Positions 1-9,484 of a DNA stretch of 64,000 nucleotides are shown one piece after another. Within the stretch, counting starts at the first letter, position 1. Each line of letters opens with the position of its first letter. The translations under genes and the position numbers were made by a program. A model generated the notes under the pieces. It was not told the origin of the DNA and searched no databases. It saw only the letters and a program-made list of their open reading frames with translations. The DNA lies in assembly GCA_965216755.1 (NCBI GenBank), contig CBDCGL010000011.1, positions 2,880,001 to 2,944,000 of the forward strand, in the 5' to 3' direction. The DNA comes from Alphaproteobacteria bacterium. Lineage in GTDB: Bacteria > Pseudomonadota > Alphaproteobacteria > UBA7887.

Positions 1-771
1 ACGCAGACATACATGCGTGCCGGCGACGGCGGCGATGGTCCATGGAAAACACCAGCCGTTGCAGTGAAACATCGGCAGGGTCCACAGATAGACCGCGTGA
101 TGGGGCAGGCTCCACGCCAAGATATTGCCTATGGCGGTGAGAAACGCGCCGCGATGGTGGTAGACCACGCCCTTGGGATTACCGGTCGTGCCAGAGGTAT
201 AGTTGAGCGCGATAGCGTCCCATTCGTCGGCCGGTCCGTCACTGGCGAAGTCGGCGTCACCGGACGCCAGAAAGGCTTCATATTCAAGCGCGCCAAGACG
301 TTCGCCAGGACCGTCATAGGTCACGTCATCATAGTCGATAAGCTCCGGCGGATTATCGAGGCCGGCGCGCGCCTCGCGCATGATCGGCGCGAATTCGCGA
401 TCCGAGATCACCAGCTTGGCTTCGCCATGTTTCAAAATGAACCCGATCGTCGCCGCGTCGAGGCGCGTATTGAGCGCATTCAATACGGCGCCCGCCATGG
501 GCACAGCATAGTGCGCTTCCAACAAGGGCGGCGTGTTTTGGGCCATCACCGCAACCGTGTCGCCGGGGCCGATACCGCGCTTTCGCAGCGCGCTGGCAAA
601 GCGCTGGCAGCGTTCCCCAAAATTGCGATAGTCCATGTGCTGTGCGCCATGGATCCAGGCGGTGTGGTTGGGATAGACGGCCACCGCGCGCGACAAAAAG
701 CTCAGCGGGGTCATCGGCTGATGGTTGGCGGCGACTTTGTCCAAGCCTGAGGCATAGGGATTTGGGCTCAT
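1..771 (-). CDS. Acyl-CoA synthetase (AMP-binding family), 5' part; runs off the window edge
   Basis: Not in the ORF track because no stop lies in the window. Manual reverse-strand translation from ATG at 771 gives MSPNPYASGLDKVAANHQPMTPLSFLSRAVAVYP..., with the AMP-binding signature NYTSGTTGNPKGVVYHHRGA near 150-210. Confidence 0.9.
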   Translation of the reverse strand, partial: MSPNPYASGLDKVAANHQPMTPLSFLSRAVAVYPNHTAWIHGAQHMDYRNFGERCQRFASALRKRGIGPGDTVAVMAQNTPPLLEAHYAVPMAGAVLNALNTRLDAATIGFILKHGEAKLVISDREFAPIMREARAGLDNPPELIDYDDVTYDGPGERLGALEYEAFLASGDADFASDGPADEWDAIALNYTSGTTGNPKGVVYHHRGAFLTAIGNILAWSLPHHAVYLWTLPMFHCNGWCFPWTIAAVAGTHVCLR

Positions 772-790
772 CGTCAAACGTCCTCGATCG

Positions 791-1660
791 TCAAGACTCA
801 GCAAATCCATAGAGCCGCGCCGGGTTGTCAACTAAAATGGCCCGCACCTGCGCCGAATCCGACGTGTAGTCCGCCAGCGCGTCGAGCAAATCGCCATCGT
901 TCGGCATCGGCCCCGTCACCGCCGGATGCGGCCAATCGGTGCCCCACACCACCCCGTCGGGTGCCGCAGCGATCAATGCCTGGGCAAACGGGACAGCGTC
1001 GGCATAGGGCGGCCCAGCAACTGAGACCCGATAGTTTCCCGACAATTTGGCCCAACATCGGCCCGCAGCCATCATGCCCAACAGTGCTTGGAACCCCGGG
1101 TCGTCAAGCCCCCGGTCGGTCGGCATATGCCCCATATGGTCGACGACCACATCGACCGGCAGCGCAGACAATTTACCCGCCAGGTCCGGCAGAGTTCGCA
1201 AGTCCATCAGAAATTGCAAGTGCCAGCCGCGCGCCGCCAAGCGCGGGGCGAGACGATCCATGGTCGCGAGCGGCAAACCGGCGCCGAACAACAGGTTGAG
1301 GCGCACGCCGCGCATGCCCACCTCATGCATGGCATCGAGGTCGCGATCGCTGACCTCAGGATCGACCACAGCAATACCGCGCGCCGCGCCCCCCAGCGCC
1401 ACCATGGCATCCAGCGTCGCGCGATTGTCGGTACCATAGACACTCGGCTGCACGATGACGGCGCGATCGATGCCCAGGGTCGCCAAAACGTGGCGATAGG
1501 ATTCGAGCGATGCTTCGGGCGGGGTGTAGCTGCGCCCCCCGGCAAAAGGGTAGCGCGCCGCAGGACCAAAGATATGGGCATGGCAATCGCACGCGTGCGG
1601 CGGCGTTTTCAGTTTCGGGGTTCGCGGCCGCGGATCGGGCGCTTGGCAAAGGTCGGTCAT
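791..1660 (-). CDS. Amidohydrolase_2 family protein, 2-pyrone-4,6-dicarboxylate lactonase (LigI)-like
   Basis: DCHAH, VQPSVYGTDN, DHMG and WGTDWPHP motifs; start placed at MTDLCQAPDP. Confidence 0.85.
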   Translation of the reverse strand: MTDLCQAPDPRPRTPKLKTPPHACDCHAHIFGPAARYPFAGGRSYTPPEASLESYRHVLATLGIDRAVIVQPSVYGTDNRATLDAMVALGGAARGIAVVDPEVSDRDLDAMHEVGMRGVRLNLLFGAGLPLATMDRLAPRLAARGWHLQFLMDLRTLPDLAGKLSALPVDVVVDHMGHMPTDRGLDDPGFQALLGMMAAGRCWAKLSGNYRVSVAGPPYADAVPFAQALIAAAPDGVVWGTDWPHPAVTGPMPNDGDLLDALADYTSDSAQVRAILVDNPARLYGFAES

Positions 1661-1814
1661 GATCGTGGCTCGGTCCGGGTGACGTGGTCGTGTCCTTTCG
1701 GGCTGAAATGCCCTCAACCCGCGCCATGTTATATCAAGATCCAGAGCGGTCGTGTTTTTGTGAAGGGCGGTCGACCTGGTTTACCGCACGCGACCCGAGG
1801 GGAATGACACGACA

Positions 1815-3095
1815 ATGCCGATGACGAAAAAGATGGCTTGGCCGGATGTCGGTCACGATCTACGGGTATTCGTGGGTTATCTGGCGCGCCGCGCGCTGGC
1901 GGTCCAGGTGCCGCGTGTCGCCGCCGCGCTGACATATACCTCGCTTCTGGCGCTGGTCCCGACCGCGACAATTGTTCTCGCCATGATGGCGATGTTTCCG
2001 GCCTTCGCCGGCGTGCGTGAGCAATTCAACAGTTTCGCCTTCGACAATCTGCTACCCAATGCCGGTGATGATTTGCGCGCCGCGTTTGACAGCTTTGTCG
2101 CCAATGCCGGTGAACTGACGGCGGTCGGTCTGCTGTTTCTGATTGTCGCCTCGATCATGTTGCTGTCGACGGTCGAGGGCACCATGAACACGATATTTCG
2201 GGTCCGCCAACGGCGCGCGCTGATCGCGCGCCTTCTCGTCTATTGGGCGTTCCTGACCGTTGGCCCACTGGTGTTGGCGTCGAGCTTGTCGCTCTACTCC
2301 TATTTGATCGCGTCGGCGCAATGGGGCAACGACAGTGCGTTGCGCGGCTTTGGCGGATTTCTGGTTTCGTTGGCGCCAACCGCGCTGATCGTGCTCGGTT
2401 TGGTGTTTTTGTATCTGGTGATGCCGAACCGCCGAGTGCCGCCGCGCCATGCGTTGATAGGCGGCCTGGTGGCCGGCCTGTTGTTTGCTGCCCTGAGACG
2501 CGGTTTTGCACTCTATTTGATCTATTTCCCTACCTATGAAGCGATTTATGGTGCCCTTTCGGCCGTGCCGATCCTGCTCGTATGGATGTACCTGTCGTGG
2601 CTGGTTGTGCTGTTCGGCGCCGTGCTTGCGGCCGCGTGTAGCGAATGGCGCACCGAAGGCCGCGCGGAACGGCCCGGTGAACCGGCCAGTCAATTCTCTT
2701 TGGGGGTTTGTCTACTGGCGCTTCTCGCGGACAAGCAGCGGCGCGGCGAAACCGGATCGGTGCGCAGTCTGGCGCGCGATGCCGGCCGCGCGGTCGGCGC
2801 GGTCGAGTCGACGCTGGTGCGGCTGCGCAAAGCCGGTTTTGTCGAAAGCACCGCCAAACGGCGCTGGTTGCTGTCTCGACACCCCGACGACATCCGCATT
2901 TACGATCTCTTCGACGTGTTCGGCCTACAACCACGCGAACCGGCGCTGGCCGGCGACGCGCCATGGCAAGCCCGGTTGCGCGCCGCCTTGGGCGCCGCAG
3001 CCGAGAACAACCGGCAGACCTTGGCCCTGTCGCTGGCGGAGCTTGTCGTCGATCCGCCGCCCGGCCCGCGAGTGGTGCCGCGCGAAGCCGGCTAG
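1815..3095 (+). CDS. YihY/BrkB (UPF0761) inner-membrane protein with C-terminal Rrf2-like winged helix
   Basis: AAALTYTSLLALVP and YEAIYGALSAVPILLVWMYLSW motifs; C-terminal LRKAGFVES...WLLSRHPDDI. Confidence 0.85.
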   Translation: MPMTKKMAWPDVGHDLRVFVGYLARRALAVQVPRVAAALTYTSLLALVPTATIVLAMMAMFPAFAGVREQFNSFAFDNLLPNAGDDLRAAFDSFVANAGELTAVGLLFLIVASIMLLSTVEGTMNTIFRVRQRRALIARLLVYWAFLTVGPLVLASSLSLYSYLIASAQWGNDSALRGFGGFLVSLAPTALIVLGLVFLYLVMPNRRVPPRHALIGGLVAGLLFAALRRGFALYLIYFPTYEAIYGALSAVPILLVWMYLSWLVVLFGAVLAAACSEWRTEGRAERPGEPASQFSLGVCLLALLADKQRRGETGSVRSLARDAGRAVGAVESTLVRLRKAGFVESTAKRRWLLSRHPDDIRIYDLFDVFGLQPREPALAGDAPWQARLRAALGAAAENNRQTLALSLAELVVDPPPGPRVVPREAG

Positions 3096-3110
3096 CGCGG
3101 CGACAGCGCC

Positions 3111-5315
3111 ATGAGCGCCGCGGCCCCGCACACGCCGGCACCGGCCAGCGACGACATTGCCACTGCCTGGCAACTCTATCAGGGTGGGAGAGCACAGCAC
3201 GCCCTGCGCCTTTGTGCCGCGGTCTTGGCTCGCGCCCCCAACGACAAGGACGCGTTGCAGTTGCGCGCGGTTATCGCACTCGACGAAAACGACTTGGCAC
3301 GCGCCCACGAGGCCGCGGCGCGCTTGGTGGCCATCGCGCCGGACGACGCCACGGCGCACAACACGCGCGGTTTGGTCTTGCATCGCACCGGCGACCACGT
3401 TGGCGCCATCGCCGCCTTCGAAACCGCTTGCGCCCGCGATCCACGCCATGCCCAGGCCGCCAACAATTTGGGGGCCGCATTGCTGGAGCAAGGCCATTGT
3501 GTCGACGCTCAAACCCATTTCGAGCGCGCTTTGGCGGGCAAGCCCGACTTTGTTCAAGCCCAGGCCAATCTGGGCACCGCCTTGCTCGGCCAAAATCGCC
3601 ATGCGCACGCGGCACAGGCGCTAGAAACGGCCGCGCGCGGCTTGCCGCAATCAAGTCGGGTCCACAGCGACCTGATCCGCGCGCTGTTCGGCACCGGCGA
3701 CATCGCGGGCGCGGTTGCCGCTTACGGCCGCAGCCAAGCGACGCTGCCCGACGACGCGCGCTGTGCGACGGCACTTGTTGACGGCTTGCGGAGAATCGAC
3801 GCGCGCCAGCTGGGTCCGGCCGGTCTTCCACTCTTACGCCATGTCTTGACCCTGCCGACGGTGCGCCACCAGGCCATTGAACCATTGGCCCGTGCACTGC
3901 TCAGCGCAACACCGTGCTTTGCCGCCACGCTGGCGGACCCGAACGCCGCGCCGATCCCCGACTTGGTCAGCGAGCCGGTATTTGTCGGCCTACTGACACA
4001 CAGCGTCGTGACCGATGACAACTTCGAACGGCTTATCGTGCAGCTGCGGCGTCGATTGGCAACGGCCGCGTTCGACGGTACCGCCTGGTCGGTGGACGAA
4101 CTCAAACTCGCCTGCGCCGTGGCGTTGCAAGCTTTTCACACCGACTATGCCGGCGATCTGGGCGCCGGCGAAGTCGAGATTTCAGAGACCAGCCGGGTAG
4201 CCGCCGAATCCGCGCTACGCGAATTGGCGCCACGGGCGGCGCTGCCCGCCGCCGTTTGGGCAGCCCTGTATCGGCCGCTTCATCGGTTGGCTGGCGCCGA
4301 GGCTCTTGACACACTCGGCGCGAACGACCTGCCGGTCGCCGTCACCGAGCTGTTGGATCAGACCTTGCGCGCCCCCTTGCAGGAACGCGAAATCGCGGCC
4401 AACTTGTCCACCTTCGCGCCCATCGACGACGCCATGTCGCGGCGGGTGAAAGACCAGTATGAACACAATCCCTACCCGCGCTGGCTGACATTGCCGACGC
4501 CGATGGTTGACCGGCCATCGGCGCATATGCGCGCCGCCCTGCCCGGTTTCCAGCCGCCTGCCTTCATCGACGGCCCGCTATCGGCCCTGATCGCCGGCTG
4601 CGGCACCGGCCAAGACGGTTTGTTTTTGGCCCGCTTGTTTCGCCAAGCCCAATTCATCGCCATCGATCTGAGTCGGGCCAGTCTGGCCTATGCCCACCGC
4701 CAGGCCAAACGACGCGGCATCGCCAATATCGCCTTCTTCGAGGGCGATATCCTTGACGCCGCCGCGATGGGTCAGACATTCGATGTGATCAGCTGTAGCG
4801 GCGTGTTGCACCACATGGATGCCCCCGATGCCGGTTTGCGGGCGTTGGTCGGCGTGCTACGGCCGCGTGGCCTGATTCATATCGCGCTTTACAGCCGCCG
4901 CGCGCGCCACGCGGTGACCGCTGCGCGCGCCCATATCATGGCCCAAAACCTGGCCACCGACACCGCGTCGTTACGCGCGTTTCGCGCTTATGTGCGGGTC
5001 CTGCCCGCCGATCATGGTTTGGCCTGGCTGACCCGCTGCGCCGATTTTTATTATTTGAGCGGTCTGCGCGATTTGGTCTTCCACGCGTGCGAACATCAAT
5101 ATGACTGGCCGGAAGTCGCCGCCCTGGTCAAATCGGTCGGCCTGGAGCCCATCGGCGCAGTCATTGAGCCCAAGTTTGCCGCCCGCTACGCCACCTTTGC
5201 ACCACACGATCGCAACCGTTGCGATTTTGGCGCCCTTGACCGATTCGAAAGAACCCACAGCGACGCCTTCGCAACCATGTTCAGCCTGTGGTGCCGAAAG
5301 CCCGTACCGCTCTAG
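3111..5315 (+). CDS. TPR-repeat protein fused to a class I SAM-dependent methyltransferase
   Basis: N-terminal TPRs ([27 protein letters not shown]), [36 protein letters not shown]. Confidence 0.85.
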   Translation: MSAAAPHTPAPASDDIATAWQLYQGGRAQHALRLCAAVLARAPNDKDALQLRAVIALDENDLARAHEAAARLVAIAPDDATAHNTRGLVLHRTGDHVGAIAAFETACARDPRHAQAANNLGAALLEQGHCVDAQTHFERALAGKPDFVQAQANLGTALLGQNRHAHAAQALETAARGLPQSSRVHSDLIRALFGTGDIAGAVAAYGRSQATLPDDARCATALVDGLRRIDARQLGPAGLPLLRHVLTLPTVRHQAIEPLARALLSATPCFAATLADPNAAPIPDLVSEPVFVGLLTHSVVTDDNFERLIVQLRRRLATAAFDGTAWSVDELKLACAVALQAFHTDYAGDLGAGEVEISETSRVAAESALRELAPRAALPAAVWAALYRPLHRLAGAEALDTLGANDLPVAVTELLDQTLRAPLQEREIAANLSTFAPIDDAMSRRVKDQYEHNPYPRWLTLPTPMVDRPSAHMRAALPGFQPPAFIDGPLSALIAGCGTGQDGLFLARLFRQAQFIAIDLSRASLAYAHRQAKRRGIANIAFFEGDILDAAAMGQTFDVISCSGVLHHMDAPDAGLRALVGVLRPRGLIHIALYSRRARHAVTAARAHIMAQNLATDTASLRAFRAYVRVLPADHGLAWLTRCADFYYLSGLRDLVFHACEHQYDWPEVAALVKSVGLEPIGAVIEPKFAARYATFAPHDRNRCDFGALDRFERTHSDAFATMFSLWCRKPVPL

Positions 5316-5436
5316 AAACAAACCAGCACCGCCCCGCGCGCATTCGCGCCACAACGCTTGTTGTGCTACCGTTCGCGGTGTCATGGCAAGCGTGGCCATT
5401 GCAAGTGGCATTAGTACAAAAGATGGGGTGGGCGGA

Positions 5437-5880
5437 ATGCTGAAGGAATTCAAAGAATTCGCCATGCGCGGCAATGTCGTCGACATGGCGGTCGGTATCA
5501 TTATCGGGGCGGCGTTCGGCAAGATTGTCAGCTCGCTGGTCAACGACATCATCATGCCGCCAATCGGCACCTTGCTGGGCGGTGTCGATTTCAGCGATTT
5601 GTTTATCAACTTGACGGGCGGCGACTACGGGTCTTTGGCCGAGGCCCAGGAAGCCGGCGCCGCGACGATCAATTACGGCATATTTATCAACACCGTGCTC
5701 GATTTCGTTATCGTCGCCTTCGCGATTTTCATCGTGATCAAGCAGATGAACCGGCTCAAGCGCGAAGAACCGAAGGCGCCTGCCGAAGCGACCACCAAGG
5801 ACTGCCCGCATTGTCTGTCAACGATTCCGATCAAGGCGACGCGCTGCGCCCATTGCACGGCTGAGTTGGGCAACGCCTAG
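5437..5880 (+). CDS. mscL: Large-conductance mechanosensitive channel with C-terminal CxxC-CxxC zinc ribbon
   Basis: [31 protein letters not shown] signature; tail CPHC...RCAHC. Confidence 0.95.
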   Translation: MLKEFKEFAMRGNVVDMAVGIIIGAAFGKIVSSLVNDIIMPPIGTLLGGVDFSDLFINLTGGDYGSLAEAQEAGAATINYGIFINTVLDFVIVAFAIFIVIKQMNRLKREEPKAPAEATTKDCPHCLSTIPIKATRCAHCTAELGNA

Positions 5881-5927
5881 ACGCCGCGCGGGCGCGCCGG
5901 CCAACGCTGGCGCTGTTCGAAGTGGCT

Positions 5928-7277
5928 TTAAAGCGGTAGCGTCGCCGTGGCGCGCAAACCGCCGTCGGCGTGATTTTGCAGGCAAACGTCGCCACCATGG
6001 CCACGAAACACCGACCGTGCGACGGCCAGCCCCAAGCCGGCACCCGCATGGTCGGCCGTGCCCGCCGTATTGAGGCGATAGAACGGCTCGAAGACACGGT
6101 CGAGTTCCGCCGCGGCAATGCCCGGACCGGCGTCATCGACCGTGATCACCGCGTGGCCATCAACCTCAAACAAAGAGACTTTGGCCTCGACCCCATACTT
6201 GACCGCATTCGCGACCAAATTGCTGATACCGCGTTTCAAAGCCAACGGGCGCGCACGTACCGGCTTCGAAACACCGCCCCGGCAAACGACATGACCACCG
6301 GCGTCGGCGGCGTCATTGCAGACACTCTCAACCAGGGCCGTCAAGTCGACCGGTTGCGGCCGTTCGGTGCTGGCTTCGTCGCGCACGAATGCAAGCGCGC
6401 CGTCGATCATGCGTTCCATGTCGTCGAGGTCGGCCAGCATCTTGTTTTGCTGTACCGCGTCATCGACGAATTCAGCGCGCAGGCGCAGGCGGGTGATCGG
6501 CGTACGCAAGTCATGAGAGATCGCACCCAGCATCTGGGTGCGGTCATCGATGAAACGCCTCAGGCGCGCCTGCATGTCGTTGAACGCGCCCGCCACCGAT
6601 CTAATCTCGGCCGGACCGGTGCGATCGACTTCTGGCGCGTGCAAATCGCGTCCCAAGCGCTGCGCCGCCTCAGCCAGCGTCGTCAGCGGGCGCGTCAGCC
6701 AGCGGCCGGCCCACACGGCAAGCACGGCGATCCCCGCCACCATCACGGCCATTTCCAAAACCATGCGCACCACCATGGAACGGTCGGCGCCGCCAAGCGA
6801 CGCCAGCATGACGATTTGCTGACCATCGGACAAGGTGACGGCCGCGCGGACCGTGTCACTGTCGTTTTCGCATGGTGGCGATGTCCGGCTGGGACGGTCG
6901 GAATGCAGCACGCATAGCGACTGCGCAACCACGGTAACGTCAGTGGGCCCGGCAACGACCGCATCGACCTGATCGCCGATCAGGCGCGCCCGCCAATCGT
7001 TCGCGCCAGCGTGTCCGATTGCGGGGTCCGCACCGACCAAAAACCCCGGGCCGCTCAGCCGGGCCATGATCTGATCGCGCGCCGGTGCCGGCACGGCCAT
7101 CAAAGCTTCACGAGCCGCAATAATTTGTGCGGCAATGGTCTGGCCGCCAAACAACGACAATCGATGACTGCGATCACCATAGTGAATGGCCATGCTGAGC
7201 CCATGGGAAAGCCCCAACCCCAAGACCAACACCAGAACCGCCCGGCCAAACAGGCTTTGGGGGACAATGTGGCTCAT
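5928..7277 (-). CDS. Sensor histidine kinase (HAMP-HisKA-HATPase)
   Basis: Two TM segments, AISHDLRTPITR H-box, NAVKYG, DDAGPG, GAGLGLA. Confidence 0.95.
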   Translation of the reverse strand: MSHIVPQSLFGRAVLVLVLGLGLSHGLSMAIHYGDRSHRLSLFGGQTIAAQIIAAREALMAVPAPARDQIMARLSGPGFLVGADPAIGHAGANDWRARLIGDQVDAVVAGPTDVTVVAQSLCVLHSDRPSRTSPPCENDSDTVRAAVTLSDGQQIVMLASLGGADRSMVVRMVLEMAVMVAGIAVLAVWAGRWLTRPLTTLAEAAQRLGRDLHAPEVDRTGPAEIRSVAGAFNDMQARLRRFIDDRTQMLGAISHDLRTPITRLRLRAEFVDDAVQQNKMLADLDDMERMIDGALAFVRDEASTERPQPVDLTALVESVCNDAADAGGHVVCRGGVSKPVRARPLALKRGISNLVANAVKYGVEAKVSLFEVDGHAVITVDDAGPGIAAAELDRVFEPFYRLNTAGTADHAGAGLGLAVARSVFRGHGGDVCLQNHADGGLRATATLPL

Positions 7278-7993
7278 GCCCGTTCCACGGCCGCCGCGAA
7301 AATATAGCCGCCACCGCGCACGGTCTTGACCAATTGGGGCGCCTTGGTATCGGCCTCAATCCGCCGTCGCAAGCGCCCCACTTGCACATCAATGCTGCGA
7401 TCGAAGGGCGTCGCGTCGCGGCCACGGGTCAGATCCAGCAGTTGCTCGCGACTGAGCACACGCTGCGGATGCTCGACAAAAGTCGCCAAAAGGTCGAACT
7501 CGCCAGCGGTCAATGGCACGTTGACTTGGTCCGGGGAATAGAGTTCGCGGCTCGCCAGATCCAGCGTCCAACCGGCAAACCGCAGCCGCGCCGGGCCGCG
7601 ATCGGTCGCTCGGCGGGGCAGAGTATGAGCGCGCCGCAACACCGTCTTGATCCGCGCCAACAATTCACGCGGATTGAACGGCTTGGCCAGATAGTCGTCG
7701 GCCCCCATTTCGAGACCGACAATGCGATCGGTATCGTCACCGCGCGCCGTCAACATGATCACCGGCAAATCCGACCGTGCCCGCACGTCGCGTGTGATTT
7801 CAAGGCCGTCCTTGCCCGGCAACATAATGTCCAGCACGACCAAATCGACTCGCTGTCGGTCGCACACCCGGCGCATTTCGGCCCCATCGGCGGCGGTCAC
7901 GACGTCATAACCATGCTCGGTTAGATATTGAGCCAACAAGTCGCGAATATCGCGATCGTCGTCGACGACCAAAAGGCGGTTTCTCGGTTTCAA
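7274..7993 (-). CDS. OmpR-family response regulator (start uncertain; TTG at 7993 assumed)
   Basis: LLVVDDD, LDIMLPG, GADDYLAKPF, RSIDVQVGRLRR, KTVRGGGY; 4-bp overlap with the kinase. Confidence 0.92.
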   Translation of the reverse strand: MKPRNRLLVVDDDRDIRDLLAQYLTEHGYDVVTAADGAEMRRVCDRQRVDLVVLDIMLPGKDGLEITRDVRARSDLPVIMLTARGDDTDRIVGLEMGADDYLAKPFNPRELLARIKTVLRRAHTLPRRATDRGPARLRFAGWTLDLASRELYSPDQVNVPLTAGEFDLLATFVEHPQRVLSREQLLDLTRGRDATPFDRSIDVQVGRLRRRIEADTKAPQLVKTVRGGGYIFAAAVERA

Positions 7994-8086
7994 GTCTCGC
8001 TGGTTCAAGAATTCGCGCCTCCGCAGTTTGCCGACCGCCACCTTATCGCTCCGGCTCGCCGCCGCGCGATCAAATTGGTGAGGTAT

Positions 8087-8102
8087 TGTAACGCAATGTA
8101 AC
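8087..8102. promoter_or_regulatory. Direct repeat TGTAAC-N4-TGTAAC, putative OmpR-family operator between the response regulator and the MCO operon
   Basis: TGTAAC at 8087 and 8097 (10-bp period) in an AT-richer divergent intergenic region; related GTTAC/TGTCAC motifs further right. Confidence 0.45.
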
Positions 8103-8232
8103 AAATCCACATCGAGCAACAATCAGTTACCGGCCTGGTCCCGATTGTCACATTTTTTGCGCCGGGCGACATGGTCGTGTTACCCGGGCGTGATCGGCTG
8201 CCGGCGTCGACGATTTGCGATGCGGAGGCAGC

Positions 8233-9480
8233 ATGGACACTTCCCCGAAAAAACCAACCGTTGCCGCGGCGGACGCGCGGCCGAGCCGGCGTGCGTTCTT
8301 GACCGCGGCCGCGGCGAGCGCGGGTGGCGCGGCGGCGGCCGTGACAACGCCAACCGCCGCCCCGGCCCAAAGCTATGGCGGCGGTCACGGGTCGATGATG
8401 TTTCTGCCGGGTCACAGCATGATCGGCGCCACATCATCGCCGCCGGGCGCGCCCGCCGATGATGCGGTGAACTATCGGGAGTTCGACATCAGCTTCGACA
8501 TCATGGAACACGAGCTGGTGCCGCGCGTGACGTTTCCAGTGTTTGCGTTCAACGGCCAAGTGCCGGGGCCGGTTTTCCGAGTCAACGAATATGACTGGGT
8601 CAAGGTGAACGCGACCAACAAAACCGAAGTGATGCATACCATTCATTGGCACGGTATTGATTTGATCTACACAATGGACGGTGTGCCCATGGTCACGCAA
8701 GACCCGATCCATCCCGAAGAAACCTTTGTGTATCGATTTCAGGCGCGCCCTGCCGGCACACGATTCTACCACTGCCACTGGTCGACGCCGATGCACATGA
8801 TGTCGGCGCTACACGGCGCGTTCATCATCGATTCACCAGACGATCCGATTCGCGAAGCCTTCCCATATCAACGCGACTATGTGCTGGTGCTGGAGAGCTT
8901 CGACACGGTGTTCTCACGCAATCACATGAATGCAGCATTGGCCGGCATGAAACGTGTCAACAAACTGATGGCGATGGGCCAGTTGGACCCGGCCACGCAT
9001 GGCTTTTTTCGCGACTATGGCGAATTTGTCGCCGCCATCGATGCCGGATTTCGCCCGCCCTATGGCGCCGGTAACGCGGAACGGGTGCGGCCCGACCCCA
9101 ACTTTTTCGCCATCAACGGAAAATCCTATCCCGCGACTGAGAAAATCGGCATTCGCAAGGGTGAATATATTCGCGTGCGCCTGATCAATGGCGGCGTTTT
9201 GACGCACCATATGCACCTGCACGGCCATCAGTTCTGGCAAGTCGCCGAAGACGGCAACACCCTGCCCCAGCCGATTCGGCTCAACACCATCGCCGTGGGT
9301 CCCGGCAAGACCCATGACATCATCATCTACGGCGACAATCCGGGCTATTGGACCTTTCACGATCATGACGTGCGGCGGGTGACCAACAATGGCGTCTATC
9401 CCGGCGGCATGTTGACCGTGCTGGTCTATGAAGACCTCGACAATCCGCCCTATGTGCCATCGATTGCAATCAATGAGTAG
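8233..9480 (+). CDS. Tat-exported two-domain multicopper oxidase (type C arrangement)
   Basis: GGAGG RBS at 8224; SRRAFL Tat motif; HTIHWHG, YHCH-x5-H, HHMHLHGH and FHDH copper motifs. Confidence 0.9.
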   Translation: MDTSPKKPTVAAADARPSRRAFLTAAAASAGGAAAAVTTPTAAPAQSYGGGHGSMMFLPGHSMIGATSSPPGAPADDAVNYREFDISFDIMEHELVPRVTFPVFAFNGQVPGPVFRVNEYDWVKVNATNKTEVMHTIHWHGIDLIYTMDGVPMVTQDPIHPEETFVYRFQARPAGTRFYHCHWSTPMHMMSALHGAFIIDSPDDPIREAFPYQRDYVLVLESFDTVFSRNHMNAALAGMKRVNKLMAMGQLDPATHGFFRDYGEFVAAIDAGFRPPYGAGNAERVRPDPNFFAINGKSYPATEKIGIRKGEYIRVRLINGGVLTHHMHLHGHQFWQVAEDGNTLPQPIRLNTIAVGPGKTHDIIIYGDNPGYWTFHDHDVRRVTNNGVYPGGMLTVLVYEDLDNPPYVPSIAINE

Positions 9481-9484
9481 ACTT

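Noticed and set aside
13-750. 245-aa plus-strand ORF
   Set aside because: Antisense shadow of the minus-strand acyl-CoA synthetase, which has a clear AMP-binding signature.
8233-9480. Copper nitrite reductase (nirK)
   Set aside because: It has HTIHWH and HCH plus two more HxH motifs (full trinuclear set) rather than the NirK HNxDxH catalytic Asp motif.
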